A stretch of DNA of 63,751 nucleotides, filler included. It is 11 parts of 11 records of this genome, joined end to end, with 100 filler letters (N's around TTAATTAATTAA, not from the genome) between each part and the next. Parts side by side here need not be neighbours in the genome. Positions count along the whole stretch, not along the records: positions 45,597 to 51,632 come from SRR7504441_14366; positions 51,733 to 55,856 come from SRR7504441_14367; positions 55,957 to 60,123 come from SRR7504441_14379; 8 more parts are not named here. One strand, 5' to 3'. The stretch's first letter is position 1. Every line of letters begins with the position of its first letter. Under the pieces are notes generated by a model, which worked only from the letters and a program-made list of their open reading frames with translations, was not told the DNA's origin and ran no database searches. Both the position numbers and the translations under genes were made by a program. Below are positions 46,946 through 58,852 of this stretch, piece by piece.

Positions 46946-49900
46946 ATGGACTGGGAGGTGGAGATGCTGGACACGCCCAAGGGCAAGCGGCCGGCCAAGC
47001 CCAGCGGCCGGCCAAGCCCAGCGGCCAAGCCCAGCGGCCGGCCGGCCAAGCCGACGTCGCACAAGTTGGCCCAGCACCGGGCCCGGTGCCAGTCCGCCCG
47101 CGAATTGAACCGGCAGCGTTCGCTCGACCGGGACCGGAGCAGCTCGGAGGCTCTGCTGGTAGCCATGCAGGCCGGCGGGGAGATCCCGGACAGCCGGCCG
47201 GTGGTTTGCTACCTGGACGAGCTGGGGGACGAGCCGCAGGGCGAGCCCGAACTAAAAGTGCGGCAGGGCGAGTGGGGGCGGGAGTTGGGACTGGGCGGGC
47301 TGGGTCTGGCGACGGTGCCCGAGGCGGTGGATCAGCTGGCGGTGGATAGTCTGGACTTGGCCAACAACCGGCTGGAGCGACTGCCGGACGGGCTGTGGCA
47401 ACGGATCCAGCCGGCACAGCTGCTGCTCCACTGCAATCAGATCGAGGAGCTCCCTATGGGCCCGCCGCCGGTGGAATTGCGGGCGCTCACGCTGAATCAG
47501 AACCGGCTGAGCGACGTGAGCAGGCTGTGCCACAGCAGCTGCGGGCTGACGGCGCTCAATCTGTGCAGCAACCAGCTGCAGGTGCTGCCGGAAGAGATTA
47601 GCCTGCTCAGCGGGCTAGTGAACCTCAACGTCGGTGCCAACAGGCTGAGAGATCTGCCCTCACAACTGCCGGCTCAGCTGCAGCAGCTGCACGCCGCGGA
47701 TAACTCGATAGGTCCCGAGCTGCCAGCAGGGGTGGGCCAGCTCGCGCAGCTCACCTTGCTGAACATGGCCGGCAATAGGATCGAGAGTGTGCCTCCAGGA
47801 GCGATTGAGGGGCTCGATGTGGTGCATACGCTCAATCTCAACCGGAACCGGCTCCAAGGACTGCCTGGTGGGCTGGCCCGGCTGCAACGTCTGCAGCGGC
47901 TGCTGCTGGCGGACAACTGGTGCCTGACGAGCCTGCCAGCAGAGCTTGCTGAGACTGAGCACAAGATTGGCTGCATTGCGTGCCACAGGAACCGCTCCAT
48001 GCGCTTCCCGCCGGCTGATGTGGCCGAGCAGGGCGCAGCAGCTATCTACAGGTTTCTGGACCAGGCGCGGAGTGACCAAAGGCAAGCACTGGTGCTGCCT
48101 GGGCCACAGCTAGTAGTGGTTGGGGCGGACAGTGTAGAAAGACAAGCGCTGGTCTCGTCATCAATGTGTGACGAGGGCGTGGAGGTATGGAGCACGCCGC
48201 AGCTCGGACCTGCCGAGGCGGAAGGTGAGCGGCCAGAGCCGTTCTGCTTGCAGGAGTCTGCACTGCCAGTATCCAGTCCCGGCTGCCTGGAGCCACTCTG
48301 CTGGCCAGGCCAGCCAACCGCTTTTGTGATGTTTAGTGACACCGAGATGGAGGCTGAGCAGTGGTTAGAGCTGCTGCAGGACAAATCACCGGGTTGCCTG
48401 GTGCAACCAGTCTGTCTTGGTCCTGAGGAGCGTGGTGTGGCCATCAATCGAGCCCTGGCGCTGGCCGAAGCAAGGCGGGTGAGTGTGCTGCAGCGGGCGC
48501 TCAGGCATTCCGATAGCACGGGGAATGCCTCGCATTATAGCCAGCTGCAACGCCAGTTGAGCGCCAGACCGAGTATTAAACCCGCATGCTGCCTAAATAG
48601 CAGCACGGAGGAGACTGCCTGGCGATTCCAACAGCTACTAGAGCAGCTTGGCTCTCCAGATTCGCCGCAGCCTGAGGTATGAGCCAATGCGTGCCGTGCC
48701 AACGGTTGGACAGGTGCCTCTCTCTTGGCTGATGGTCCGAGACCAGTTAAAGCAGCAAGCCTGGCGGCCCGTATGGCCACAGCCGGAGCTTGAGCAGTGC
48801 TGCGTGGGCGAGTTGAATGTGGCTGTGCCTGTTGAGATTGGGCTGACTGGTTTGCCAGGTGGTGAGGGACACAATCGAGTTCATGCACCGGGCGGGCGAG
48901 CTGCTGCTGCTGTCCGGGCTGGTGGTGCTGGACTTGCCTGTGCTGTGCGGGTGGGTGGAGCAGCTACGGCCTGACAGGCTCGACGAGTCCATGGGAGCTA
49001 TTCAGTCAAGTCTTGAGGGCACAGCTCAGTCAGCCGAGCTGCACCAGCGGGGCTGGGCCCGGCTGAGCCTGCTGCGGAGCAAGGGACTCTACCACAATAG
49101 TTTGTCAAGCCTACTCTGCCCAAAGCAGCTCGCCAAGTCTGGGCTAACCAGCCAAGAATTTGACTCGCTCGTGCGTGCTGCAGCGGTTCATCTCGAGGTG
49201 TCAGCTGCCCCACATCGCGCCTAAGCTACTGGGCAGGTCGGTCTACCGTGGGACCCGGACCATCTTGTGCTGCCAGACCAGCTTCGCACAGCGGTACAAC
49301 CCGCGCTGCCGGGGAGCATGACGATCCATTTCGAGATGGAGGCATTACCATCCAGACCGACCAGGCTGCTGCTCTTGCTTTGCAACAAGTGCACCGACCG
49401 CCTCGAGTCGCTCAACCGCCAGGCCGGGACCCAAGTTGTACCGACTGCCGTGTGGCAGCGGTCTGTGCTGTTTGGGTGCGCCAGCTCCAAGGTGGTGATC
49501 CAGCTGCGGCTGCTGGAGCGCAAGCCAGGGTGGGTGCTTGAGCTCGCGGGGAGCAGCCCAGAGCTGTCACAGCAGCAGCTACAGCTAGTGCTTGGCGGGT
49601 TAGCTGATACTGTCCCGCTCAGCTTGTCAGCGCAGGGGTGGAATGCACAAGTGAAAGGTGCCCGTGCTAAGCTTAAATGCCTGTTTTGACGTGCGGGGCA
49701 GCGGTGTGGGTGCATTGCCCGGATTGCTTGCGTGACCGGGGAGAGCTGGTGCCAATGGACAGAGCGGAGCTGATTTGCAAGGCTGCCGCGGGGGAGGGTT
49801 CAGTCCTCTGTGAGAACAGATGCTGGTTGAGTCTGGACCAGTTGCTGCTGCGCAGCCCACACCGGGAGGCGGCTGTGCGGCAGGGGACGGTCAGGCTAGC

Positions 49901-50691
49901 ACTGTGGGACAAGAGCACCGGTACAGCTCGTCGGCTGTGTTCCGGGTTTGTTGCAGATCCTGCCCACGGGCTGCTGGTCACGGCAGCGCATCTGATCCAT
50001 GCCCCACCTGACCCAAACAAGGGTCGATCGGACTGGCTCGAGTTCAACGGGCTGGACCCGGGGTCGATTTCGATCCTGGTAGCGGTCTTTGTAGGATTGG
50101 AGGCGCCGACCGAGTGGAGGTTTGTGGCCGAGGTTGCGCAACTGGGATCTCCCCGCGAGGACTCTTTCGTGGATGCATGCGTTCTGCGCGTGACGCACGA
50201 GTTCGCCAACCCATGGTCAGCCAGCCGAGGAGATGGCAGCTCCCCTGTGATTACCCCTCGTGATGTGCTCGAGGGCGCTCAGCGGCCTCTCACAGGCCCT
50301 CTGCCGCTGCCGTGCTTGCCGGTGCGCCCCCGCGCTGGCAGACTCACTGAGTGGCGGGCAGTTGGGGGACTCTGAGCTGGTGCGGATCACTGAGTGCATG
50401 CAGCTCTGTGGTTATCCGGGGGACGGGGCAGCCAATTCGATCTGTGTGTCGACGGGATGGGTGATGCAGTTCCACGAAGGGCTGATCGTGCTATCAAACT
50501 ATCAAATGAGAGGCAGCTCCGGTGGCCCGGCGGTGTCGACTACCGGCCGAGTGGTCGGGGTGCTCAGCAAGGGGAGCACGGGTGCAGCTCATCTGGTCAA
50601 GATCAATTCGATCAAACCAATGCTCGAGATGGCTCGGCACACTGTCGGCAATGGCTCGGCCTCGGCAACTGCCGTCCTTAAGATTGATTAA
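46946..50691 (+). CDS. Roco-like protein: LRRs - degenerate ROC - COR - Cys cluster - trypsin/HtrA-like serine protease
   Basis: About 9 SDS22/PIRL-type LRRs; post-LRR FPPADVAEQGAAAIYRFL; COR-like VPLSWLMVRDQL, EFMHRAGELL, VVLDLPVLCGWV and VWQRSVLF. Protease CSGFVAD..GLLVTAAH, DACVLRV, LPLGDS..GYP and GSSGGPAV..GRVVGV. Five 37-44-nt GT-AG introns join the frame. Confidence 0.75.
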
Positions 50692-50768
50692 CGATGCCAC
50701 AATAAAAAAAATCCTGAATTCGATTATATTTTTAACGTTCGGAGCAATAAGGTCTGCCTGACAACGAG

Positions 50769-51631
50769 CTAGAATTTAGTGGATGAGGAGTGGCCTGAGC
50801 TTAGTCTTGTGAACTCATCCATCGACGCCTCCATTGCGTCACAATACTTACCAATCCAAGCCTCCAATCCGATCTTCGGCTCGACCGGTTCGGCCCCGAA
50901 CCAGTCGCTCGCGTGTTCCTTCATCACCGGTGGAGTGAGCCCCCAGCTGTCTAGCGTGGCACGAGGATCATACTTGTCGCCCTCAGCACCGTTCGGGAAT
51001 AAAACTCGAGCCACCAGCTGCTCCTCGTGCTCGCCCCCGTCCATCACCGCCTGCAGCCAGGCCAGCACATCCGCCCGCCCGACCAGCATATCCTTGTCGG
51101 TGTCCACTCGGGCGAACACCTGCTTCCCCTTCTCGCTCCAACTGCCAGCCCTGCCCCCGCGGTCAGGCCCGCCGCCCCGTCCGCACCGCACCGCATGGCG
51201 GTCAGAAACTTCTCGTTCTCGCGCACCAGGCAGTCATCGAGCGCGTGCACCCGCCAGAGCAGCATCCGGGTATGATCCGTCACCTCCTCCCAGCTGCGCT
51301 CCCCGGCCACGGACGAAAAGAATCCCACAAACTCGAGCTGCCCAACCGCCGTGCCACCGTCGCCGTAGTACCTGCGCAGCTGGGAGGATAGTGTCTCCCC
51401 GAGCTCGTGCCCATGCAGGTCTATCGCGCCGCTGCCGTTGCCGTCCAGCCGGTCGAACACCCATTGAAGGTACGAGCGCTGGGTGGCTGTGGCGGGGTGT
51501 TGCTTCCAGCCGTGCCGCAGCTGCAGCTCAAGCAGCTGGCCCTGGGCGGCTACCTCGGCCGGATCGGGCCTCAGTCCCTCGGCCGAGGTGGTCGAGTCCT
51601 CCTCCAGGCACTGGGTGGCGCATATCCCCAT
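50769..51631 (-). CDS. EF-hand protein with predicted N-terminal acylation (MGICAT)
   Basis: VFDRLDGNGSGAID and VFARVDTDKDMLVGRAD; one 41-nt GT-AG intron (~51149-51189). Confidence 0.7.
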
Positions 51632-52085
51632 GNNNNNNNNNNNNNNNNNNNNNNNNNNNNNNNNNNNNNNNNNNNNTTAATTAATTAANNNNNNNNNNNN
51701 NNNNNNNNNNNNNNNNNNNNNNNNNNNNNNNNATGCCGTACGCGGCCAACCGCCTGCATGGCCCCCCTCCCCCCAGCCGGCGGCCGCCCCGGGGCTGGCC
51801 GGCGGGTGGCCCGCCGTCGAGCCTGGCGCAGGTGGAACCCTCTGTCGGCCGAGGGTATGGCGTTGGACTCCTGGCCGGTGGCGGCACACTCAACCCTCCT
51901 CGGGTGCGCGCGCGCCGCTGGGCTTGGCCGCTTAGCGGCCGCGTAATGGCTGCTGGGGCTGGGGCCGGCCGGGTGAGCGCGGGCTCAGGACAAGAAGCGC
52001 AAGCTGGCTCCCGGCGACACCTTCGAAGACTCGGAGGTAGCACGCCCGCCGTTACCCGGGTCGCGTGCTGTCTTGCGCGCCGCCA

Positions 52086-55000
52086 ATGGCCGAATCGGCG
52101 GCTGGGGGCGAGCTGGCGGGCCAGGTGTACCCTCGAGAGGTCGGCCCGCTCGAACCGTCCCAGCGGCTGGTCCCGATCGACACTGGCAACGTCACATACT
52201 CGCTGCAGGCTCCGAGCGCCCGGCAGGCCCGATTTCTGAGCCGCGCGCAGGTGCCTCAATTCTTTGATGGCGAAACGGTCGGCGACTTTCTAGCCAAGGT
52301 GCCTGCAGCCCGCCCCGGCTGAGCTGACAGCCGTGTGTGCAGGCCAGAGAGGACCAGCCGGGTGTCGACGGATGCCGGCGCCGGCCTCTGATAGAGCTGC
52401 AGGTCCGGACCTTCCGCGCGCCGTGAGTGCGATGGACTCGTCGGCTTGGCTCACCCAGGCCGAGCTGGTGCGCGCCGGCCGGCTGCGGTGGTCGAGCGGG
52501 CGGCAGGCGCGGCTCGACAGCAAGCAGGTAGAGCTGCAGCGACAGGACAAGAAGAGGCAGATTTCAGTGGAGTTGCGCGGCGCGATACGAGAGCGATGGG
52601 TCAAGGCGGGTGGGCGGTCCGGGCCCGGCTGAGTGTGGTGCAGATGGGGCGGATCGAGATCCCGAGGCTCCGGAGGGTCACGCTAGACGCTCGAGCGAAT
52701 CACGTGACGAATGGGAGGAAGATGGCGATACTGTGCCAGAAAGAGATCCGTAAGCGGCTACAGAAGAGCTCAAAGGCCTGGCGGGAGGCGCCGATGCGGG
52801 CCAGGAGGCTGGCGAGGGAGGTGATGACCTTCTGGCGGAGGCACGATAAGGAGGCAACCGAGACCAAGAAGAAGGCGGAGAAAGAGGAGGTGGAGAGGCT
52901 CAAAAGGGAAGAGGAGATACGCGAGGCTAAGCGGCAGCAGATGAAGCTCAACTTCCTGCTGACGCAGACCGAGCTCTATTCGCACTTTATCGCCAAGAAT
53001 ACGACGGATCGTGGCGACGCCTTGCCTATGATGGTGGGGAATCGAGCGGAGCAGAAGACGGGGATCCGATCGATTGACGAGGAGTTTGACCAAGCCGCCA
53101 TGGAGAAGCGGGCGGCGCTGGCGGCCCAGCAGCACATCAGGGCCAACCACGAGCGCGTGGATGAATTTGATTTGGCCAAGAGAGGCCAGTCGCTGCACCC
53201 GACGCTTACGGGCCCTGGTGCTGGCGGAGCCAAGCGGCCCAAAATAGACGTGAGCCAGCTGGACACGGACAAGGTTTTGATGGAGCCCCAGTCGTTCGGT
53301 GAAGACGAGATCGAAGTGACCCAGCCTAAGATGTTCAAAGGGCAGCTCAAAGAGTACCAGATCAAGGGCCTCAAGTGGCTCGCCAACCTGCACGAGCACG
53401 GGATCAATGGAATTCTGGCCGACGAGATGGGTCTGGGCAAGACAGTCCAGGCGATCGCGCTGCTCACATACCTAGCTGAGGCCAAGAACTCGTGGGGCCC
53501 GTTCCTTGTGATTGCGCCGGCCTCGACGCTGCACAACTGGCAACGGGAGATCTCGAGGTTCGCGCCAGAGTTCAGGATTTTGCCCTACTGGGGGAGCCAG
53601 AGGGATAGGAAGACCCTCCGGAAGGACTTCAATTTCCGGGGGGTGTACACCAAGGACGCGCCTTTCCACATAGTTGTGACGTCGTACCAGCTGCTCGTGA
53701 CTGATGAGAAATACTTTCACAGGCACCGGTACGAGTTCATGGTGCTTGATGAGGCTCAGGCGCTCAAAAGCTCCAACTCGATTCGGTGGAAAACCCTGCT
53801 CGGATTCAATTGCAGGAACCGGCTGCTGCTCACAGGAACCCCGATCCAGAACTCTATGGCAGAGCTGTGGGCGTTGCTGCACTTCATCATGCCGACGCTG
53901 TTTGACAACCACGAGGAGTTTAACGAGTGGTTCTCGAAAGATATCGAGAACCACGCCTCGTCGGGCGGCAGCTTGAACGAGCATCAGCTCAAGCGGCTGC
54001 ACATGATCATCAAACCGTTCATGCTCCGCCGAGTGAAGAAGGACGTCGAGTCCGAGATGGCAGAGAAAGTGGAGATCCAGCTGCTGTGCGAGATGACCCA
54101 GCGGCAGCGAACGCTCTACAAGGGCATCCGGGAAAACATATCTTTCGAGGAATTGTTTGACACGATGGCGACTGGCTCTGACGACAAGCGCCGGTCTTTG
54201 ATGAATTGGGTGATGCAGTTCCGCAAGGTGTGCAACCATCCTGAGATCTTTGAGCGCCGTGATACCGTCTCTCCTTTCCTGTGTAACGACTTGCATGCCA
54301 AGCTCAGTGACAACAGGCCTCCGAACACCAACTACAAGACAACCTCACTAGTCCCACTCTCCGCCCGGTCCTGTATCTGCTACCCAACCCCCAGGCTCGT
54401 GTGGGGGTGTGCTCATGGTGCTCCAGACGGCACCATCAGCGGTCAGTGCAAGCTGCTCGCTGTCACGCTCTCTCTTTGGACTGCTGCCCAGCTGCACGCT
54501 GACAGGCCTGGCTGGGCTGGGATTCTACAGCAATCGACTGGGGCTGTGGCACAAATCGGGCAGAGCTGCGGGCCTGAGCGGGTGCAGCATGCGATTGGCG
54601 CCAGGACCCGCAGGCTGCGGCTGTGTGGGTATCTGCCGGCGGGCATGGACGAGGTCGTGCTGGGCAGGCGGGTCGAGCTCGAGCAATCGGCGCTGGGTGA
54701 GGGTCCGCAGCATTGGTGGCTGCCCCAGCACGTCAGCCTGATCCAGCTGCTCCACACAGCCTATTGTCCCGCAGCGGCGGCCCCGCTGGTGGACGCAATC
54801 TGCATGGAGCCGTCGTTCAGGCCGCGTACTGCCGAGCCGGCACTAGCGCGACAGCTCGTGCTCGGGAGCAGCTGGGAGCAAGCGTCAGTGGAGGCGCAGC
54901 TCGACGCCGCAGTGGCCGGCGAGCTTCTGCCATCCCAGCTGCAGGCGGCGGTGCGCAGTGGGCTGGAGTTGGAGAGCACTCTGCGCGGGCGGGGGTTGGG

Positions 55001-55856
55001 GCGAGAGGCTGAGGAGTTTAGAGATCAGATTTGCCGGGCGGCCACAAGTAGTCAGGACGGGGCGGGTGGGCTGGTGGGGCCGGTGATCGCAGCGGAGGGG
55101 CAGCACTTGAGGATCCTTGTTCCTGACTATGGGAAGCTCGTGACTGATAGCGGCAAGCTGACAGTGATGGATGGGTTGCTGACTAAGCTCAAGCAACAGC
55201 AGCACCGAGTTCTGGTGTTCTGCCAGATGACCAAGATGATGGACATTCTGGAGGATTTCCTCACCTACCGCAAGCACAGCTACGTCAGACTGGACGGCTC
55301 CTCCAACCTGGCCGACAGGCGGGACATGGTCGAGGCGTTCCAGACCCGCGAGGATATCTTCGTGTTTCTGCTCTCGACTCGGGCCGGGGGTCTGGGTATC
55401 AACCTGACTGCTGCAGACACAGTGATCTTCTATGACAACGATTGGAACCCGACCCAGGACGCGCAGGCGATGGACCGGACACACCGGATAGGCCAGACCA
55501 AGCAGGTGACTGTTTACCGTCTGGTGACCAAGGGCACTGTCGAGGAGCGGATCCTGCTCCGGGCACAGCAGAAGGACACGATCCAGCAGACTGTGTACGC
55601 AGGCAACCTGAAGAACGAGTCCGGGCCCAAGAGGACCGAGGCGGAGGAGATGGCTTCGCTGCTGGTGGGCGACGAGGAGTTGGAGCGCAAGCTGCGCGAG
55701 CAACGGAAGAAGAAGAAGGAGAGCAAAGAGAAGGAGAAGCGGGCCAAGCAGGGCAATCAGATGGCTGAGCCTCCGGCCAAGAAGCCCAAGCTGGAAACAG
55801 ACACAAAGCCTGCAGCCGAGCCTGCAGCCGAGCCCGCGGCCGAGCCCGCGGCCGAG
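52086..55856 (+). CDS. INO80: INO80 chromatin-remodelling ATPase, 3'-truncated
   Basis: DBINO motif REAKRQQMKLNFLLTQTELYSHFI; GILADEMGLGKTVQ, LDEAQALKSS, MQFRKVCNHPE, split-ATPase insertion, DSGKL, LLSTRAGGLGINLTAAD, QAMDRTHRIGQ. 5' exons are joined by short introns incl. GC-AG 52606-52643; exact 5' model uncertain. Confidence 0.95.
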
Positions 55857-56044
55857 NNNNNNNNNNNNNNNNNNNNNNNNNNNNNNNNNNNNNNNNNNNN
55901 TTAATTAATTAANNNNNNNNNNNNNNNNNNNNNNNNNNNNNNNNNNNNNNNNNNNNGGAGAGTGGGAGGTGGGAGAATTATGACTATCCCTGTCTACAGT
56001 GTACACCTTCCGTTATTAGGTGGGAACGGAAGAAACAGCGCACG

Positions 56045-58527
56045 ATGTCCGACGGTGATTTGCTGCTCAACTTCACAGTCCCCGCGGCCGCTCCGCCCCC
56101 GCCGGACCCGCCCCCGACCAAGCCGACCCGCCGCAAGCACCCGGCCGGCCGGCCAGCCCTCGCCCGCAAGCGCCCCCGCGCCCCGGAGGCCGAGAGCTCG
56201 CCGACGGAGGAAGCGCCGGCCCCGGCGGAGGACCAGCCGGCGGCAGAGGTGGCGGGCCGGGCTTGGGGGGGGGGGGAGCCGGGGGCAGCTGTTCGACGAG
56301 GGGGAGCTGGGCGGGCTGGCGCCCCGGCTATCGGCTCAGCTGCGTAAGATGGACATCACTCAGCTCACCAAGATCCAGGCCGCCGTGCTGCCGGTGGCCT
56401 TGGCCGGGGGAGACCTACTGGTGCCGCACACAGACCCGGCCCAGGAGCCCCGGCCGCAGGTGCGCTCGGCCACCGGATCCGGCAAGACCTTGTCCTATGT
56501 GCTGCCGGTCGCTCAGGTGGCCAAGTCCCGCCCCCGGCTGACGGCGGGCAGCGGCTGACGGCAAAGCGGGTGGAGCGGGAGCACGGGACGCGGGCGCTGA
56601 CGCTGGTGCCCACCCGGGAGCTGGCGGTGCAGGCGCGGTGGCGGGCCGGGCGTGGGGCGGATCATGGGCAGGTGGAGGCTGTGTGGCAGGCGGTGATGCA
56701 AGGCTTCCCATGGTGTGTGGTCGGGGCTGTGATGGTACCCTGCCTCACTGGGCGGGCGGGACCGAGCGGCAGGGCGGCGAGAAGAAGAAGTCCGAGAAGG
56801 CTCGGCTTCGGCGCGGGGTGCTCGACGCGGGGCGGGCTGGCGGCAGCGGGAGAGGCAGGTGGTGGTGCTGGTTGCGACCCCTGGACGGATGCTGGACCAC
56901 TTGAAGAGCTCGCAGGTGGCTCGGGCGGCCGGCGGCGGCCAGCGGGGGACAGGCCTTCCGCTGCGGCCGTCTGGAGTGGCTGGTGCTGGACGAGGCCGAT
57001 CGGTGCTAGGTGCAGTTGGCGTTGGCTGACACGGCGTAGGCTGCTCGACCAAGGATTCATGGAAGACTTACAGGAAATCCTCCGACTGCTAACTGCGCGC
57101 GCCGCCCCGAACATTGCCCGCCAGACGCTGTTAGTCTCAGCGACCCTCACAGACCAAGTGCAGCAGCTGGCGGGGCTCGCACTCAACAGCCCTTCCACCG
57201 TCACTGTTGACCCCACCGAGGCGCTGGGCCCGCTCAAGCTCCCAAGCTCTCTCCGGGCCGGGTGCCTGCCCATGCCAGTGGCGAGTAAGGGCCCGGACAG
57301 GTACGTGGTGGTGCCTGCGAAGCAGCGGCTCGTGGTGTTGATAGGGTTGCTCAGAGGCCTGCCGGCTAGCAGCAAGGCCGTCGTGTTTGTGCTCTCATGT
57401 GCATCTGTAGAGTTCCACCACTGGTATATATACTACGCATAGCTATACTTGCTCAACTGATCATCCTGTTTCTCAGGCTTTTATCTAACGGAAACTTCTC
57501 AGCCGACGGCCAGACCAAGGTGCTAACTGGATCTGTGTTCAAACTGCACGGCAACATGCCCCAGCGCGAGCGGACCGACGCGTACCGCCAGTTCTGTCGA
57601 GCCTCGAGCGGTGTGTCGGGCGGGTGTCGGGCCGGAGCGGGCGCAGGAGTGTTGGTGTGCACCAGCGTGGCGGCTCGTGGGCTCGACCTTCCCAACGTGC
57701 GACAGATCGTCCAGTATGATCCTCCCGAAGACCCTTCCGAGTTCGTGCACCAGGTAACAGCTCTAGTGCAGCTGATCTGAGCCAAGCCAGGTGGGCCGGG
57801 CCGGGCGACTGGGTAAAGCCGGGCAAGGGATGCTATTCCTGCTGCCGTCGGAGCAAGGCTACGCCGCGGTGCTCAAGAGGCACAGGCGACTGGCGGCTCG
57901 GGCCCGGGCGAGCCGGCGGCAGCCTGGAGCTTTACCAGCAGAGGGTTGACGCCAAGATGATAGGCAGCCTGAGGCAGCGGCCCGGGGAGGAACTCGAAAA
58001 AGCTTGTCGGAACCTTCAGTTCCACATACAGAACCAGGCTGCTCTAACCGATCGGGCTGCGGCTGAGCGGGTGGGGCTAGGTGGCCGAGGAGTCAGAGGT
58101 GCACAAGCTGGCCTGTCAGGGCTTTTGCTCGCACATCCGCGCGTGAGTGCAGCTGCGGCCCCCGGGTGTGAGGCGGGGGGTGGAGGTATGCGACTTACAG
58201 CAAGGAACTCAAACAGATGTTTCACGTCCGTCGACTGCACTTGGGGCACATGGCCAAGGCTTTCGGACTCAAGGAGCAGCCGATGGTGATGGGCAAGCAA
58301 GCCAAGGTCTTTTTCAAGGAGGCGCTAGCCGGAGGACAACCGAAACCAGATGCTGAGTGAGGCACAGCCTGGCAGGCCAACTGAGAGAGGGCAGGGGCGA
58401 GACACGGCCGCGGAAGAAGGTCAGGCGGGACTACGGGACACACGGCCGGAGCAGGAATGTGGCCTCTTATGCCAAGGATCGGGACAAGAAAACCAAGAAA
58501 CTTGTGGTCTCAGAGTTTCAGGCCTGA
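56045..58527 (+). CDS. DBP7: DEAD-box RNA helicase DBP7/DDX31, 16 micro-introns
   Basis: Spliced: [100 protein letters not shown], terminal SEF. Confidence 0.92.
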
Positions 58528-58852
58528 TAACCGGGGCATGCACCAGTCGAGCAAGCAACGGAGAAGAGTACGTAGGAGGAGCTCAAGCAGCCGGCTGATC
58601 GAGTATTTCGGAATGACTAGGGCTCGTGGGATGAACTGCAAGCGCAGTATACTTTTGCAAGGTTTACAAGATTACTAAACACGAATTCTATGTAAATAAA
58701 TCTAATTGTCCTCGTCAAGTACGTATGACCGCGTGAGTACAATACTATGAAGTACTTAAGAATGATTTGTAATAGGAGCATATTTCTACGCAATCGGCTC
58801 GGCACGTGGATCCAATCAATAAACAGGACAGCACATCGTCTCGACTGTGCAA

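Noticed and set aside
13195-50691. An immune gene cluster (RNF213-like, NLRC3-like LRR, Roco-protease)
   Set aside because: They lie on different contigs joined artificially; physical linkage cannot be claimed.
55808-55856. 12-bp tandem repeat (PAAE)n
   Set aside because: Ordinary low-complexity coding tail of INO80 at a contig end.
1047-58527. Frameshifted pseudogenes, programmed frameshifting or stop-codon reassignment
   Set aside because: Each frame break examined is resolved by a short GT/GC-AG intron, and TAA, TAG and TGA all act as terminal stops.
56045-58527. A single introner family with shared sequence
   Set aside because: Introns share length but show no recognisable mutual similarity beyond splice signals.
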